Of a stretch of 64,000 bases of DNA, positions 1 to 9,683 are shown in pieces. The notes under the pieces are model-generated. The model saw only the letters and a list, made by a program, of their open reading frames with translations. It ran no database searches and had not been told where the DNA came from. The stretch comes from Candidatus Altimarinota bacterium (GTDB lineage Bacteria > Patescibacteriota > Gracilibacteria > UBA1369 > GCA-2718715). Within the stretch, counting starts at the first letter, position 1, and each line of letters begins with the position of its first letter. A program made the translations under genes and the position numbers. The DNA is taken from assembly GCA_041242255.1 (NCBI GenBank), contig JBESAV010000001.1, positions 416,001 to 480,000 of the forward strand, read 5' to 3'.

Positions 1-1047
1 AATATACAAGCCAAAATCACTTTCATAGAAAACATACTCAACAACACTGACTTCTTAAAAACTCTCCAAGACAAGAATTTCTCTATCTCAGAGACAACAA
101 ATTCAAACAATGAGTACTCAGTATCAGTTTTAGATCAATCAGATCAAATCATTCTGACTCTTAATATAGACAAGCAAACAGCTCAGACTTTCTTAACTTT
201 CCAAAACGAAACCGAACAACTTAACTTCAAAGATCTAGGTTTCGAACTTCCAGAAATCCAAAAAGAAACAGAGAACCACCTTATACTCGGAAAACATGGA
301 AGCCTCACTGACACCATTATCATCGCCAATTTCAACAACCAAACTAAACAAGTAAAACTTATCTCATTACCAAGAGACCTTTATTTGGAAAACAAAAAAA
401 TAAACTCAATCTATGCCTACCGTGGACTAGAGGCATTAGTAGATGAAGTCGAATCCATTTCAGGACTAAACATAGACAAGTATGCACTAATCGACATGTA
501 CACCTTCATTGATGTAGTAGATAAGCTTGGCGGTATTGAAGTAGAACTAACTAAACCCCTAATCGATCCAAGTTACACAACTTTTGATGACAACCAGTGG
601 GGGACACTAAACCTATCTGCAGGAAAGCATCAAGTTAACGGTCGCCAAGCACTAAGAATAGCTCGTTCTAGACACTCTACCTCAGATTTCGACCGAGCTT
701 ACCGCCAACATCTCATTTTGTCTGGATTCCAAAACCGCATTCATGAACTCGGAATCAAAGACACCAAAACCATAACAGAAATAGGTCTACTAGGCTTAGA
801 GTCAACCGAAACCAATCTCAACTTCCAAGACACACTAAAGTACTACTCACGCTACAAAGATTATGAAGTACAAGACTCAGTCGTTCTATCAACTGCTAAC
901 ATCCTAGAATCCACATACACTGGAGCCTTAAACAGCACTCCAAACGCCACTGAAGAAGCTAAAAACAGGGGAGCCTACATTCTTCTACCCAAAAACAATG
1001 ACTGGTCACTCATTAAAACATTTATCTATAGTTTTCTTAGTCGTTAA
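1..1047 (+). CDS. LCP (LytR-CpsA-Psr) family cell-wall glycopolymer ligase, 5'-partial
   Basis: Frame is open from base 1, upstream of the called TTG at 385. Motifs ILG..TDTIII..ISLPRDL, KINS.Y, F.DVVDKLGGI, ARSRHSTSDFDRAYRQ. Confidence 0.9.
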   Translation, partial: NIQAKITFIENILNNTDFLKTLQDKNFSISETTNSNNEYSVSVLDQSDQIILTLNIDKQTAQTFLTFQNETEQLNFKDLGFELPEIQKETENHLILGKHGSLTDTIIIANFNNQTKQVKLISLPRDLYLENKKINSIYAYRGLEALVDEVESISGLNIDKYALIDMYTFIDVVDKLGGIEVELTKPLIDPSYTTFDDNQWGTLNLSAGKHQVNGRQALRIARSRHSTSDFDRAYRQHLILSGFQNRIHELGIKDTKTITEIGLLGLESTETNLNFQDTLKYYSRYKDYEVQDSVVLSTANILESTYTGALNSTPNATEEAKNRGAYILLPKNNDWSLIKTFIYSFLSR

Positions 1048-2435
1048 CCAAGTTTAACCACCTGCCCACGATTTGGCACAGTGATATCAACCTCAGGTCT
1101 TATCTCACCCAAAATATCCTTAAAGGTAAGACCTTGAGACTCTTCACCATGTACTAAGAATGCCTCTTTTAGACCTTTCATGTGTGACACAAAGTCTATC
1201 AGATCACTTCGATCTGCATGTCCTGAGAATGCATCCACCACAGCTACTTCAGCTCGTACCCTGTAAGAGTCTCCAAATATTTTCACATTTTTCTCTCCAT
1301 CTAGAATCTTTCTCCCCAAAGTATTCGCAGCTTGATATCCAACTACTAAGATTAAGTTAGCTGGATCTTCAATATTATTCTTCAAATGATGCAAAACTCT
1401 ACCATGCTCCATCATCCCAGAAGCAGATATAATAATCATTGGTCCTTTTTTAGAGTTCAAAGCTTTAGAATCATTCACATCTTGAATATACCTCAAAAGC
1501 CCAAACCCAAAAGGATTTACACCATTATGCAGAAACTCTTCATAAACCTGTTTACTAAAACTCTCGGGGTGAGATCTAAACACCTGAGTTACGTTTACAG
1601 CTAGGGGACTATCCACATAAACCGGTATTCTTGGAATTCTTCCAGTCTGCGTCAAAAGGTTTAGGTAATAAACAACCTCTTGCGTTCTCTCCAGTGCAAA
1701 CGCTGGAATAATTATCTTCCCACCTCGCTTTACAGTTTTATTTACTAGCTCTTCAAAATATTCATCTACGTCATCAATGAACTTATGAAATCGATTTCCA
1801 TAAGTTGTTTCAGTTATCAAGTAATCAGAATGCTCAATGTATTCAGGATCTCTAAGTATAGGTAAGCCTTTTCGTCCCAGATCTCCTGTGAAAGTAAGTG
1901 TTTTTCTCTTACCATCTTCTTTGTCATCAATCTCCAAGAAAGTAATAGCCGAACCCAAAATATGCCCAGCATCAAAGAAAGTCATATGAACTCCAGGCAC
2001 TACTTCTGTTCTACGATGGTATGCCACTGTCATCATAAGCTTCATAGTTTCCATAACTTCCTCTTCAGTATATAGAGGCTCTACAACTTTACCTTTTCTT
2101 TTCAAAATATATTCAACTTCTCTTTGCTGAATGTAAGCACTATCCATAAGCATGTGTGTACAAAGATCTCTTGTAGCTGAAGTTGTGTAAATAGGTCCTT
2201 TAAAACCAAGTTTTACAAGATAAGGCAAATCCCCAGAATGATCCATGTGAGCGTGCGACAAAATCACAGCATCAATAACCGAAGCATCAAACATCAGGTC
2301 TTTATTCTTTTCCATCGATTCTTTCCGTCTTCCTTGGAAGATACCACAATCAAGAAGTATATTCTTTCCATTCACCTGCAATAAATGCTTAGAACCAGTC
2401 ACTTCTCGGGCTGCCCCATAAAAACCTAATTTCAC
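1044..2435 (-). CDS. MBL-fold beta-CASP ribonuclease (Ysh1/RNase J-like)
   Basis: GAAREVTGS, LSHAHMDHSG, AGHILGS, TGDLG, ETTYG and FSGHAD motifs. Confidence 0.92.
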   Translation of the reverse strand: MKLGFYGAAREVTGSKHLLQVNGKNILLDCGIFQGRRKESMEKNKDLMFDASVIDAVILSHAHMDHSGDLPYLVKLGFKGPIYTTSATRDLCTHMLMDSAYIQQREVEYILKRKGKVVEPLYTEEEVMETMKLMMTVAYHRRTEVVPGVHMTFFDAGHILGSAITFLEIDDKEDGKRKTLTFTGDLGRKGLPILRDPEYIEHSDYLITETTYGNRFHKFIDDVDEYFEELVNKTVKRGGKIIIPAFALERTQEVVYYLNLLTQTGRIPRIPVYVDSPLAVNVTQVFRSHPESFSKQVYEEFLHNGVNPFGFGLLRYIQDVNDSKALNSKKGPMIIISASGMMEHGRVLHHLKNNIEDPANLILVVGYQAANTLGRKILDGEKNVKIFGDSYRVRAEVAVVDAFSGHADRSDLIDFVSHMKGLKEAFLVHGEESQGLTFKDILGEIRPEVDITVPNRGQVVKLG

Positions 2436-2482
2436 AATACAATATTAAATCTTATAATATTATACCAGAAATTAATAACTCA

Positions 2483-2905
2483 CTAAAGCTCATCATCCCT
2501 TATAAAATCAACCGAACAGTTAAATTTACCTCTGTGAGCTCTTGGAGTAAAACTATTGTAGTGTTCTGTATATTCATTATATATATTCGCAACATGATCC
2601 TGAATCTCACTTATTTCAGAAATGTCAGTAATGATCCGATTAAAAAATGCAATTTTAAAAGACCTATTAAGAGCATGCCATCTATCATATCTATCAAATC
2701 TTCCAACTATCAATCTATACAGAGTATCTAGTTCCTCAGCAGTAAAGTCTTCAAATCCCAAAACTACCGAATCATCAAACGCTTCCTTTATCAAGGATTC
2801 CTCCATTTTCAAAAGCTTATTTATGTTTGCAAAATCTTCAGCCTCGGTATAAGGTTCCCGATTCAAAAGATTCTCTAAATATAAAATCGGTGTACTTCTC
2901 TGCAT
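2483..2905 (-). CDS. hypothetical protein
   Basis: 140-aa ORF co-oriented with its neighbours; no motif recognised. Confidence 0.6.
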   Translation of the reverse strand: MQRSTPILYLENLLNREPYTEAEDFANINKLLKMEESLIKEAFDDSVVLGFEDFTAEELDTLYRLIVGRFDRYDRWHALNRSFKIAFFNRIITDISEISEIQDHVANIYNEYTEHYNSFTPRAHRGKFNCSVDFIRDDEL

Positions 2906-2923
2906 ATCTAAACTTTAAATTGC

Positions 2924-3976
2924 TCAAAATTTTCTTACCCATTCCCTCAAATCTTCCCATTTCAACCATCCATCAATCAAGAAATACTTTGATTCAGAAA
3001 CATTTATGAAACCTAACCTAGCCGACTCTTCAATATAGTTCCCATAAGGCGACCATTTACTGTCTTTAAAAGCATAAACCCTCAAATCTTCCGGATGCCT
3101 ATTCCTATACATTGTACGATACACAGCAGTCAGAGCAACATCTCTCCTTACAAAAGCCGAATCACTTTCTATATCAACTTCTCGACCAGTCACTATCTTC
3201 ATATATCTTTCAAAGTCTTCTTCTAATACATATCCTTTCGCATCATCAAAACTCCATTTTTTATCAATAGAGTAAACAGTGCCACCATAATTATACTCAT
3301 CTATAGAGTATGGAGACTCCACTGGCCTAGCTCCATCCCATTCTATAAAGTCCACATCATCACTGTGCTTGTAGTTTAACCTATCATAATAGGGCTCCGT
3401 ACAAGTTCCAGGCATACCTGGAAGAACTCCATCAAAATTACAAACCAATCCCATTTCACATCTATTTCTAGAAGAGAACCCACAGCTTCCTCCCAAACTT
3501 GATACCCTAGACACTTCCTCTAATACTTTAAAATCAACAACCATGTCTTCCACAGGATTTACCTCAAAAACAGCTCGATACGTACCAGCTTCTAGTCCAC
3601 CAATGTAAAAATCAACATTGACCTCCTCATCAGGCATAAGCCTTAAATCACCATAGTCAAAGTTGATACAAGTTCCATCACCCAAAGACTTATCCCTAAT
3701 AATTCTCTTATCATTATTCAAAAGCCTGTATCCAACATGACAATTAGAGTCTAAGGGCACACTGACCGGATTTCTGCTTATATTTTTTATAGTCACATAA
3801 GCATGATATTCCGCCCCATATGAGATCACTGGGTGATCTGCATTCAAAGTTACTTTTACGTTTCTCCAGGCATCTATATAAGATGTCTTATAAAAATTTG
3901 AGGCGTACCCAATTGCGGGTAGTAACATCATCACTAATGCAACTTTCAACCATAAAAGGCTACCTCTTATTTTCAT
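2924..3976 (-). CDS. exported protein: signal peptide, Ig-like/BsuPI-like region, Cys-rich motif, degenerate SLH-like C-terminus
   Basis: Hydrophobic N-terminus; CGFSSRNRCEMGLVC..C; C-terminal FKDSKWSPYGNYIEESARLGFI resembles SLH. Confidence 0.6.
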   Translation of the reverse strand: MKIRGSLLWLKVALVMMLLPAIGYASNFYKTSYIDAWRNVKVTLNADHPVISYGAEYHAYVTIKNISRNPVSVPLDSNCHVGYRLLNNDKRIIRDKSLGDGTCINFDYGDLRLMPDEEVNVDFYIGGLEAGTYRAVFEVNPVEDMVVDFKVLEEVSRVSSLGGSCGFSSRNRCEMGLVCNFDGVLPGMPGTCTEPYYDRLNYKHSDDVDFIEWDGARPVESPYSIDEYNYGGTVYSIDKKWSFDDAKGYVLEEDFERYMKIVTGREVDIESDSAFVRRDVALTAVYRTMYRNRHPEDLRVYAFKDSKWSPYGNYIEESARLGFINVSESKYFLIDGWLKWEDLREWVRKF

Positions 3977-3985
3977 AAGATAAGC

Positions 3986-4072
3986 TTAATATAAATTCAC
4001 TGTCGAAAGTACAAAGGTAACAACTGATAGAAGTAGTAGAGTGTATAAATAGCTACTCTGGCTAACCTTCAT
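3986..4072 (-). CDS. putative 28-aa hydrophobic small protein, not in the ORF track
   Basis: MKVSQSSYLYTLLLLSVVTFVLSTVNLY*. Lies downstream of the promoter-like site at 4124-4151 and ends 9 nt before the ATG at 3976. Confidence 0.35.
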   Translation of the reverse strand: MKVSQSSYLYTLLLLSVVTFVLSTVNLY

Positions 4073-4123
4073 ATATTGGATTAAATTGTCCCGTGTGCAT
4101 CCATTACTAATCAACGAGATGTG

Positions 4124-4151
4124 ATTATACATACTCTATTTCTGAATGCAA
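4124..4151 (-). promoter_or_regulatory. sigma70-type promoter TTGCAT-16-TATAAT
   Basis: Minus strand reads ttgcat tcagaaatagagtatg tataat. Confidence 0.55.
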
Positions 4152-4180
4152 GCATAAATATTGACAAAATAGCAATTTTG

Positions 4181-5110
4181 TTAGTTCATATGCTTCTTGT
4201 GCACTTCTTTAAGCTGTTTATTGGTCACGTGTGTGTATATTTGAGTAGTTTGAATTGATGAGTGTCCAAGCATCTCTTGTACTGCACGCAAGTCTGCCCC
4301 TTCATTCAAAAGGGTAGTCGCAAAACTATGCCTCAAGGTATGAGGAGTCACTTTTTTTCTAATCCCAGCTTCTAAAGCCTTATTGCGAATCATTTCCTGG
4401 ATACTATACGCAGATAACCTCATAACATCATTTTTTTGTTGTTTAGTCTCACATTTTTCTAGCTTTTTATGAGGCGTCCTATCCCTAATAAATAGGGGAG
4501 CATAGTCATCTTTTCTTTCTTTCAGATACTGCTTTATACATAGCTTAGCTGAAGAATTCAAAAAAACAGGTCTAGGTTTATCACCTTTACCTCTAACCAT
4601 AAATTCTCCTTCTTCTAGGTCGACATCTTCCTTATTTAATCCTACTAGCTCAGAAATCCTTAAACCAGTCGAATAAAGTGTGTAAGCAATAGCTCTATCT
4701 CTAAGATCTCTTAATGTTTTTCCCTGAAAGCTACCTAAAAATCTCTCCACTTCCTCCGGTCTCAAGAAATCAACCGATCTTCTAGAGGTTTTACCCAGAT
4801 CAATTTTCTCAGGAGCCACCACCTTATAGTCCATCTTCACCAAATATTTAAGCAAAGCTCTTAGTGCAATAATATGATAATTCTGTGTTTTCTTAGACAT
4901 TTCCTTTTTGGCAGGCCCAACTTTCATACGATTCAAATGAAGCCTATATTCTTGAACATCATCAAGACCAATTTTTTCAATATCAACATCACCCCAAAAT
5001 TCTTCAGCTCGCCTTAAATAAAGCTGATAGTTCTCAATCGTTTTCGGCGACTGTTGTTTTTCGACCTCACAATGTATCAAAAATTTATGAATTGCCTCAC
5101 TCAATTTCAT
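4181..5110 (-). CDS. xerC: XerC/XerD-family tyrosine recombinase
   Basis: N-terminal SAM-like domain; catalytic motifs STGLRISEL, GKGDK, HTLRHSFAT, LGHSSIQTTQIY. Confidence 0.88.
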   Translation of the reverse strand: MKLSEAIHKFLIHCEVEKQQSPKTIENYQLYLRRAEEFWGDVDIEKIGLDDVQEYRLHLNRMKVGPAKKEMSKKTQNYHIIALRALLKYLVKMDYKVVAPEKIDLGKTSRRSVDFLRPEEVERFLGSFQGKTLRDLRDRAIAYTLYSTGLRISELVGLNKEDVDLEEGEFMVRGKGDKPRPVFLNSSAKLCIKQYLKERKDDYAPLFIRDRTPHKKLEKCETKQQKNDVMRLSAYSIQEMIRNKALEAGIRKKVTPHTLRHSFATTLLNEGADLRAVQEMLGHSSIQTTQIYTHVTNKQLKEVHKKHMN

Positions 5111-5202
5111 ATAAACAATTTAAACAACTAAATACTACCACACACCATAAGTTTTGCTATGATAGAATTATATTGTACAATAGTAGACACTTAATACATC
5201 AA

Positions 5203-5655
5203 ATGCGCTGTCCAAACTGCAACCACAATTCAACCAAAGTCGTAGACTCCCGTGAGGCCAACGACAATACAGAGATCAGAAGACGTCGCTCATGTCCAAA
5301 ATGTGAAAATCGTTTCACAACTTTCGAGCGACTAGCAGAAGTAAACATCTTAGTCCTCAAAAATAATCAAACCAGAGAACCTTACAACCGAGAAAAACTC
5401 GAACGTGGAATCTGGCGAGCCCTTGAGAAAAGAAATGTCACTCCTGACGAAATCAGCCAAATGATAGATAAACTTGAACTTAGTTGGATGAAAGATGGTC
5501 CAGAAGTAACCTCAGGGGAAATAGGCGAGTCAACCATGAAAGCTCTCAAAGAAATAGATGAGGTTGCCTATATCCGTTTCGCTTCAGTTTATAAGGACTT
5601 CAAAGACATTGAAACTTTCGAGAAAGAACTCAAGAAGCTTTCTACATCTCACTGA
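5203..5655 (+). CDS. nrdR: transcriptional repressor NrdR (start revised to ATG 5203)
   Basis: MRCPNC..VVDSR..IRRRRSCPKCENRFTTFE zinc ribbon, ATP cone, DEVAYIRFASVYKDF. Confidence 0.96.
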   Translation: MRCPNCNHNSTKVVDSREANDNTEIRRRRSCPKCENRFTTFERLAEVNILVLKNNQTREPYNREKLERGIWRALEKRNVTPDEISQMIDKLELSWMKDGPEVTSGEIGESTMKALKEIDEVAYIRFASVYKDFKDIETFEKELKKLSTSH

Positions 5656-6790
5656 TACCTCTAGCAACAGCTTCAGCTACTCCCTCTTCAAAGGCAGTTG
5701 GTATAACTCTGTCTTCAGATGGGTTTTCAATCACTGCAGCAAGATTTTCAGCTGCTGCAATAAATACTTTAGAGCTAAAAGCCTTTTGCCCTGAATCTAA
5801 AATCCCTTTAAACAAGCCTGGAAATGCCAGAACGTTATTAACCTGATTTGGGTAATCAGCCCTTCCTGTAGCCACTATTTTTGCCCCAGCTTTTTTAGCT
5901 AAATCATAATCAATTTCAGGTACAGGATTCGCCAAAGCAAACACTATTGGATCCTTAGCCATACTTCTTATATCGTCTTCTCCCAAAAGATTTGCTACAG
6001 AAACACCAATAAAAATATCAGCACTCTCCAGGTTCTCCTTCAAACTCCCACGATACTCATGAGGGTTAGTTATCTCAACCAATGCATCTTTGTATTTATT
6101 CATACCTTCACGTCCCTTGTACATAACACCTCTACTATCTAAAACAGTTACATTTTTTGCTCCATACTCCAAAAGTAGCTTACTAATAGCGGTCCCGGCA
6201 GCTCCTGCTCCATTTACAATTATCTTACAATCCTCAATTTTTCGATCCGTAACCTTCAAAGCATTAATAATTCCGGCAAGTACCACAACAGCAGTCCCAT
6301 GTTGATCATCATGAAGCACTGGAATACCTAGACTCTCTACTAACCTTTGCTCAACCTCAAAGCACTCAGGAGCTTTAATATCTTCAAGATGAATTGCTCC
6401 AAATGTGGGCTCAATCATCTCACAAAATCGTACAATCTCGTCAACTGATTTAGATGATATACATAAAGGGAAAGCATCCAGATCAGCAAATTTCTTGAAG
6501 ACTAAAGATTTACCTTCCATCACAGGCAGTCCCGCTTCAGGTCCAATATTTCCAAATCCCAAAACTGCACTTCCATCCGAAACAACTGCTATACTTCTAG
6601 ATTTCATTGTATACTCAGAAACCTTAGATTTATCATCTCTGATCTCTTCAGTGGCATAAGCCATCCCAGGTGTATAAACCATTCCAAGGTCATCTAAACT
6701 ATCAAATTTTACTTTAGATGAAATCTCCACTTTACCCTTTGATTCTCTGTGAAATTGTAAAGCTTTTTCTCTTATATCTTTTGAACTCAT
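5642..6790 (-). CDS. NAD(P)-dependent malic enzyme (short type)
   Basis: VYTPG, DGSAVLGFGNIGPEAGLPVMEGK, LEDIKAPECF, HDDQHGTA, GAGAAG, NQVNNVLAFPG. Confidence 0.94.
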   Translation of the reverse strand: MSSKDIREKALQFHRESKGKVEISSKVKFDSLDDLGMVYTPGMAYATEEIRDDKSKVSEYTMKSRSIAVVSDGSAVLGFGNIGPEAGLPVMEGKSLVFKKFADLDAFPLCISSKSVDEIVRFCEMIEPTFGAIHLEDIKAPECFEVEQRLVESLGIPVLHDDQHGTAVVVLAGIINALKVTDRKIEDCKIIVNGAGAAGTAISKLLLEYGAKNVTVLDSRGVMYKGREGMNKYKDALVEITNPHEYRGSLKENLESADIFIGVSVANLLGEDDIRSMAKDPIVFALANPVPEIDYDLAKKAGAKIVATGRADYPNQVNNVLAFPGLFKGILDSGQKAFSSKVFIAAAENLAAVIENPSEDRVIPTAFEEGVAEAVARGISEM

Positions 6791-6795
6791 TTTTT

Positions 6796-7023
6796 TTAGT
6801 TAGATGGAGGCGGACTAGTAGGACCTTTAATCACAGGAGGGGAGCTAGGCCCTTTCACGCTTGGAATCATACTACCAGATGCAGCATTATTTTCACTCTC
6901 AATATCAGTATTTTGGACTTCATCACCTACTTCAACTTCAAGGGGTTCAATATCTTCCAGCTCATTACCTCCACATGCTACTAGCAAAGCAACTATTCCA
7001 ATCAACAAAAATACTCTGTACAT
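6796..7023 (-). CDS. small lipoprotein with Pro-rich tail
   Basis: MYRVFLLIGIVALLVAC lipobox from ATG 7023; C-terminal KGPSSPP/KGPTSPPP repeat. Confidence 0.65.
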   Translation of the reverse strand: MYRVFLLIGIVALLVACGGNELEDIEPLEVEVGDEVQNTDIESENNAASGSMIPSVKGPSSPPVIKGPTSPPPSN

Positions 7024-7036
7024 CTTTTCAAAAAGT

Positions 7037-8350
7037 TTAAAAATCAATAGTTTCACCTTCCATAATATCCAAAATCACATCGTCAGCTCTCTCATACTTC
7101 AAAGTATAATCAATCAATGGTACATAGTAATAATCAACAGGCCCAGTCCCAACCCCAACAACATCGGTTTCAATAATAGTTTTATCAATAAACAACTCAA
7201 TCGTATCCATTCCAGCACCTTCAACTAAAATAGACTTTCGAACCTCATTCAGTCTTTCCTGAATAGTTGCAATTCCAGGTGAGTCAGAAGCTACAACCTG
7301 CCTAAACAAGGCTTCATAAACTTTCTCAAAGTCATATCTCTTTAAACTATCTCCATTAAATTCAACTTCACCAATAATAACTTTCCCATTCTCAACCCAG
7401 TAATGATATCTAATCATTCCTTCTCCAATATTCGACGCAATCAAAAACTTCCCATCTAACTTCGCTTCTTCATAAAATTCCCAACCAGACCCAAGTCCAG
7501 TTTTTACTTCACTAAGGTAATCATCTGCTCCAAGGTCTTCATTAATTCCGGACATATACATCAATGCCCTAGACTCATTTAACTCTCGATCTAGAAAATC
7601 AATTTTTAAACCTTCTTCCAGATCATTTCCAACCAAAACTCCATTTCCTCCAAAATCAAATGACTTCCATTCAACCGGCAAACTCAAACTAACTGCTGTT
7701 CTCCCAGAATGCTTTTTCCAATTATAAGTTATATCAAATTCACCGTTAGAAGGTAACGCTCTAACTCTATACATAAGCTCAGTAAATTCTGCCCTGCTCA
7801 TCAGTTTTCCTGGATTTAGACTTCCATCTACCTCTGAATCAAACAAGTTAACATCATACCCGTAACTAAACATATTCGAATACCATTGGCCTGCCCCAAT
7901 ATCCTCTCTGACATTTCTAAATTCTAAGCTAGTAGTATCAACACCCTTTGCTTCAAGCCCCATTTTCAAAGCTTCCACAAAGTTAACCTGATTCCCAGGT
8001 CTAAAGCTTCCATCACCATATCCTTGTACAATCCCTTTCTCAACTCCTACTGAAACATACTGCCCAAACCAATCGTCATCAGAAACATCATTGAAGATAA
8101 TTTCAGCTTGTTTAGAATTTTCCAATTGAAAGGCTATCAAAACAATCTTCAGTGCCTCAGCTCTATTAATCGGCTGATTTGGTTTGAAAGTTCCATCATC
8201 ATAACCCTGAATGATTCCTTCAGATGTAAACACATCAACAGCTTTAAAGTACTCAGACTCACGTTCTACATCCAGCAAATTTGCAGCCATACTAGCTTGA
8301 GTAGGAACTAAAATTATTCCAGCTAGTAAACTTAAAAGAACTTTTTTCAT
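7037..8350 (-). CDS. S-layer homology (SLH) domain protein
   Basis: Signal peptide; repeats GIIQGYDDGTFKPNQPINRAEA, GIVQGYGDGSFRPGNQVNF and a third ending MSRAEF. Confidence 0.88.
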   Translation of the reverse strand: MKKVLLSLLAGIILVPTQASMAANLLDVERESEYFKAVDVFTSEGIIQGYDDGTFKPNQPINRAEALKIVLIAFQLENSKQAEIIFNDVSDDDWFGQYVSVGVEKGIVQGYGDGSFRPGNQVNFVEALKMGLEAKGVDTTSLEFRNVREDIGAGQWYSNMFSYGYDVNLFDSEVDGSLNPGKLMSRAEFTELMYRVRALPSNGEFDITYNWKKHSGRTAVSLSLPVEWKSFDFGGNGVLVGNDLEEGLKIDFLDRELNESRALMYMSGINEDLGADDYLSEVKTGLGSGWEFYEEAKLDGKFLIASNIGEGMIRYHYWVENGKVIIGEVEFNGDSLKRYDFEKVYEALFRQVVASDSPGIATIQERLNEVRKSILVEGAGMDTIELFIDKTIIETDVVGVGTGPVDYYYVPLIDYTLKYERADDVILDIMEGETIDF

Positions 8351-8351
8351 T

Positions 8352-9611
8352 CTATTCTTGGTTAGATTGAATTTCTTGATTTAGTATATCATCAACAAGC
8401 TTCATAAACTCATTTTCCGGATAATATCCCAATATCACACCATATGAAGTATTTGGAGCTTGGTTTATAAAGAAAGCCGGAGCACCAATTACTCCTAAAG
8501 TATTTATATCATTTCTATGAGACTGAACTAGATCAGCAAATTCTTGATTATCAGCATCATAACAGTCGAAGAAATCAGTATAACCAACTCCAGCTCTAGG
8601 TACATAGCTATTCAGCAGACCTCTAAATCTATCAACAGACGAGTCAGATATATTACTATAATTATCTTTAAGCACTTCAAACATCGAATCAAATCTGTCT
8701 AAATCAGCTGCACATTCAAGTGCTTTTGCCACACTTACATCGGTTTCATTTCTAAAGAAATATTTATAATAGACAGCTGCATCTTCGTAAGCTTCGCTAA
8801 CTTTTATAAGCTCGTCTACAGAGTTAACAGACTGTTCTGAAGAAAGACTCAAGAAAGCTACAATCTCAATTTCACTTTCTGGGTTACCATATAGAAGTTT
8901 AGCATTATCAGTATTGATTTCATTTAAAGTTCTATATGGAAGTACTTGTAGTAAATATTCTTCATCAGATCTAGAAATAAACTTATCTTTTATCTCTTCA
9001 AAGTTTCCAAGCTTTTCAATCGTATCATTAAAAGCAAAAGTAGGTAGTAAGTTAACTCCAAGCTGCTCAGTTCGAGAAGCAAATTTCGGATCAGATATAT
9101 CGACCATTTCAATGTCAACTAGGGGAGTTACGGTCTTTTTAATCTGATTTAGATAAGGATCAATCTCACATTCAGGACGTTTACAACTTTGATCATAAAA
9201 AACCTGCACATCAACCAGCGGATGATTGTAAACTACGTAGGTCTTACCATTTTTTTCTAATATAGTTGGATCATTTGGGTTCTCTAAGCTTCTATTTTCT
9301 ACCTCCATCAAGCTTACCAAGAAATTAATATTTCTATTGAAAGTAGGATTCAACCTATATAAAAAGTAAAAACTAACTAAAATCAAAACAGTTAGCCCAA
9401 CCAAAACAACTGGTTGGATACCCTTTGCTCTAAATAGGCGCTTATTGTTAGCTCTACTTGGTTCATTAGCTTTTTTGGCTAATCCCAAAAGTTTAATCAG
9501 CTCTTCCTTTGATTGTTTTTCATTTGGCTCAATTCCTTCTTTTCTAAGCATTCGTATAATCTCTTTCTTCTTCATTCTCAATAGTCCTTTGTTCAAATTT
9601 TGACTATTCAT
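8352..9611 (-). CDS. membrane-anchored DsbA/thioredoxin-fold protein
   Basis: TM helix; CKRPEC; GNPESEIEIVAF; ALECA; LGVIGAPAFFIN cis-Pro loop. Confidence 0.7.
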   Translation of the reverse strand: MNSQNLNKGLLRMKKKEIIRMLRKEGIEPNEKQSKEELIKLLGLAKKANEPSRANNKRLFRAKGIQPVVLVGLTVLILVSFYFLYRLNPTFNRNINFLVSLMEVENRSLENPNDPTILEKNGKTYVVYNHPLVDVQVFYDQSCKRPECEIDPYLNQIKKTVTPLVDIEMVDISDPKFASRTEQLGVNLLPTFAFNDTIEKLGNFEEIKDKFISRSDEEYLLQVLPYRTLNEINTDNAKLLYGNPESEIEIVAFLSLSSEQSVNSVDELIKVSEAYEDAAVYYKYFFRNETDVSVAKALECAADLDRFDSMFEVLKDNYSNISDSSVDRFRGLLNSYVPRAGVGYTDFFDCYDADNQEFADLVQSHRNDINTLGVIGAPAFFINQAPNTSYGVILGYYPENEFMKLVDDILNQEIQSNQE

Positions 9612-9683
9612 AAATAACGTTATTCTTAAACACCAAAGACTATACCACTAATTTTTCATCATTGAAAGACCAGCAAGCTCTAT

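Noticed and set aside
4181-5110. Tyrosine recombinase as a prophage or integron integrase
   Set aside because: Size and motifs fit a housekeeping Xer; there are no phage genes, att repeats or IntI-specific insertion.
5111-5202. NrdR boxes in the xerC-nrdR intergenic region
   Set aside because: Only a weak partial match (acaccataagttttg); not supportable.
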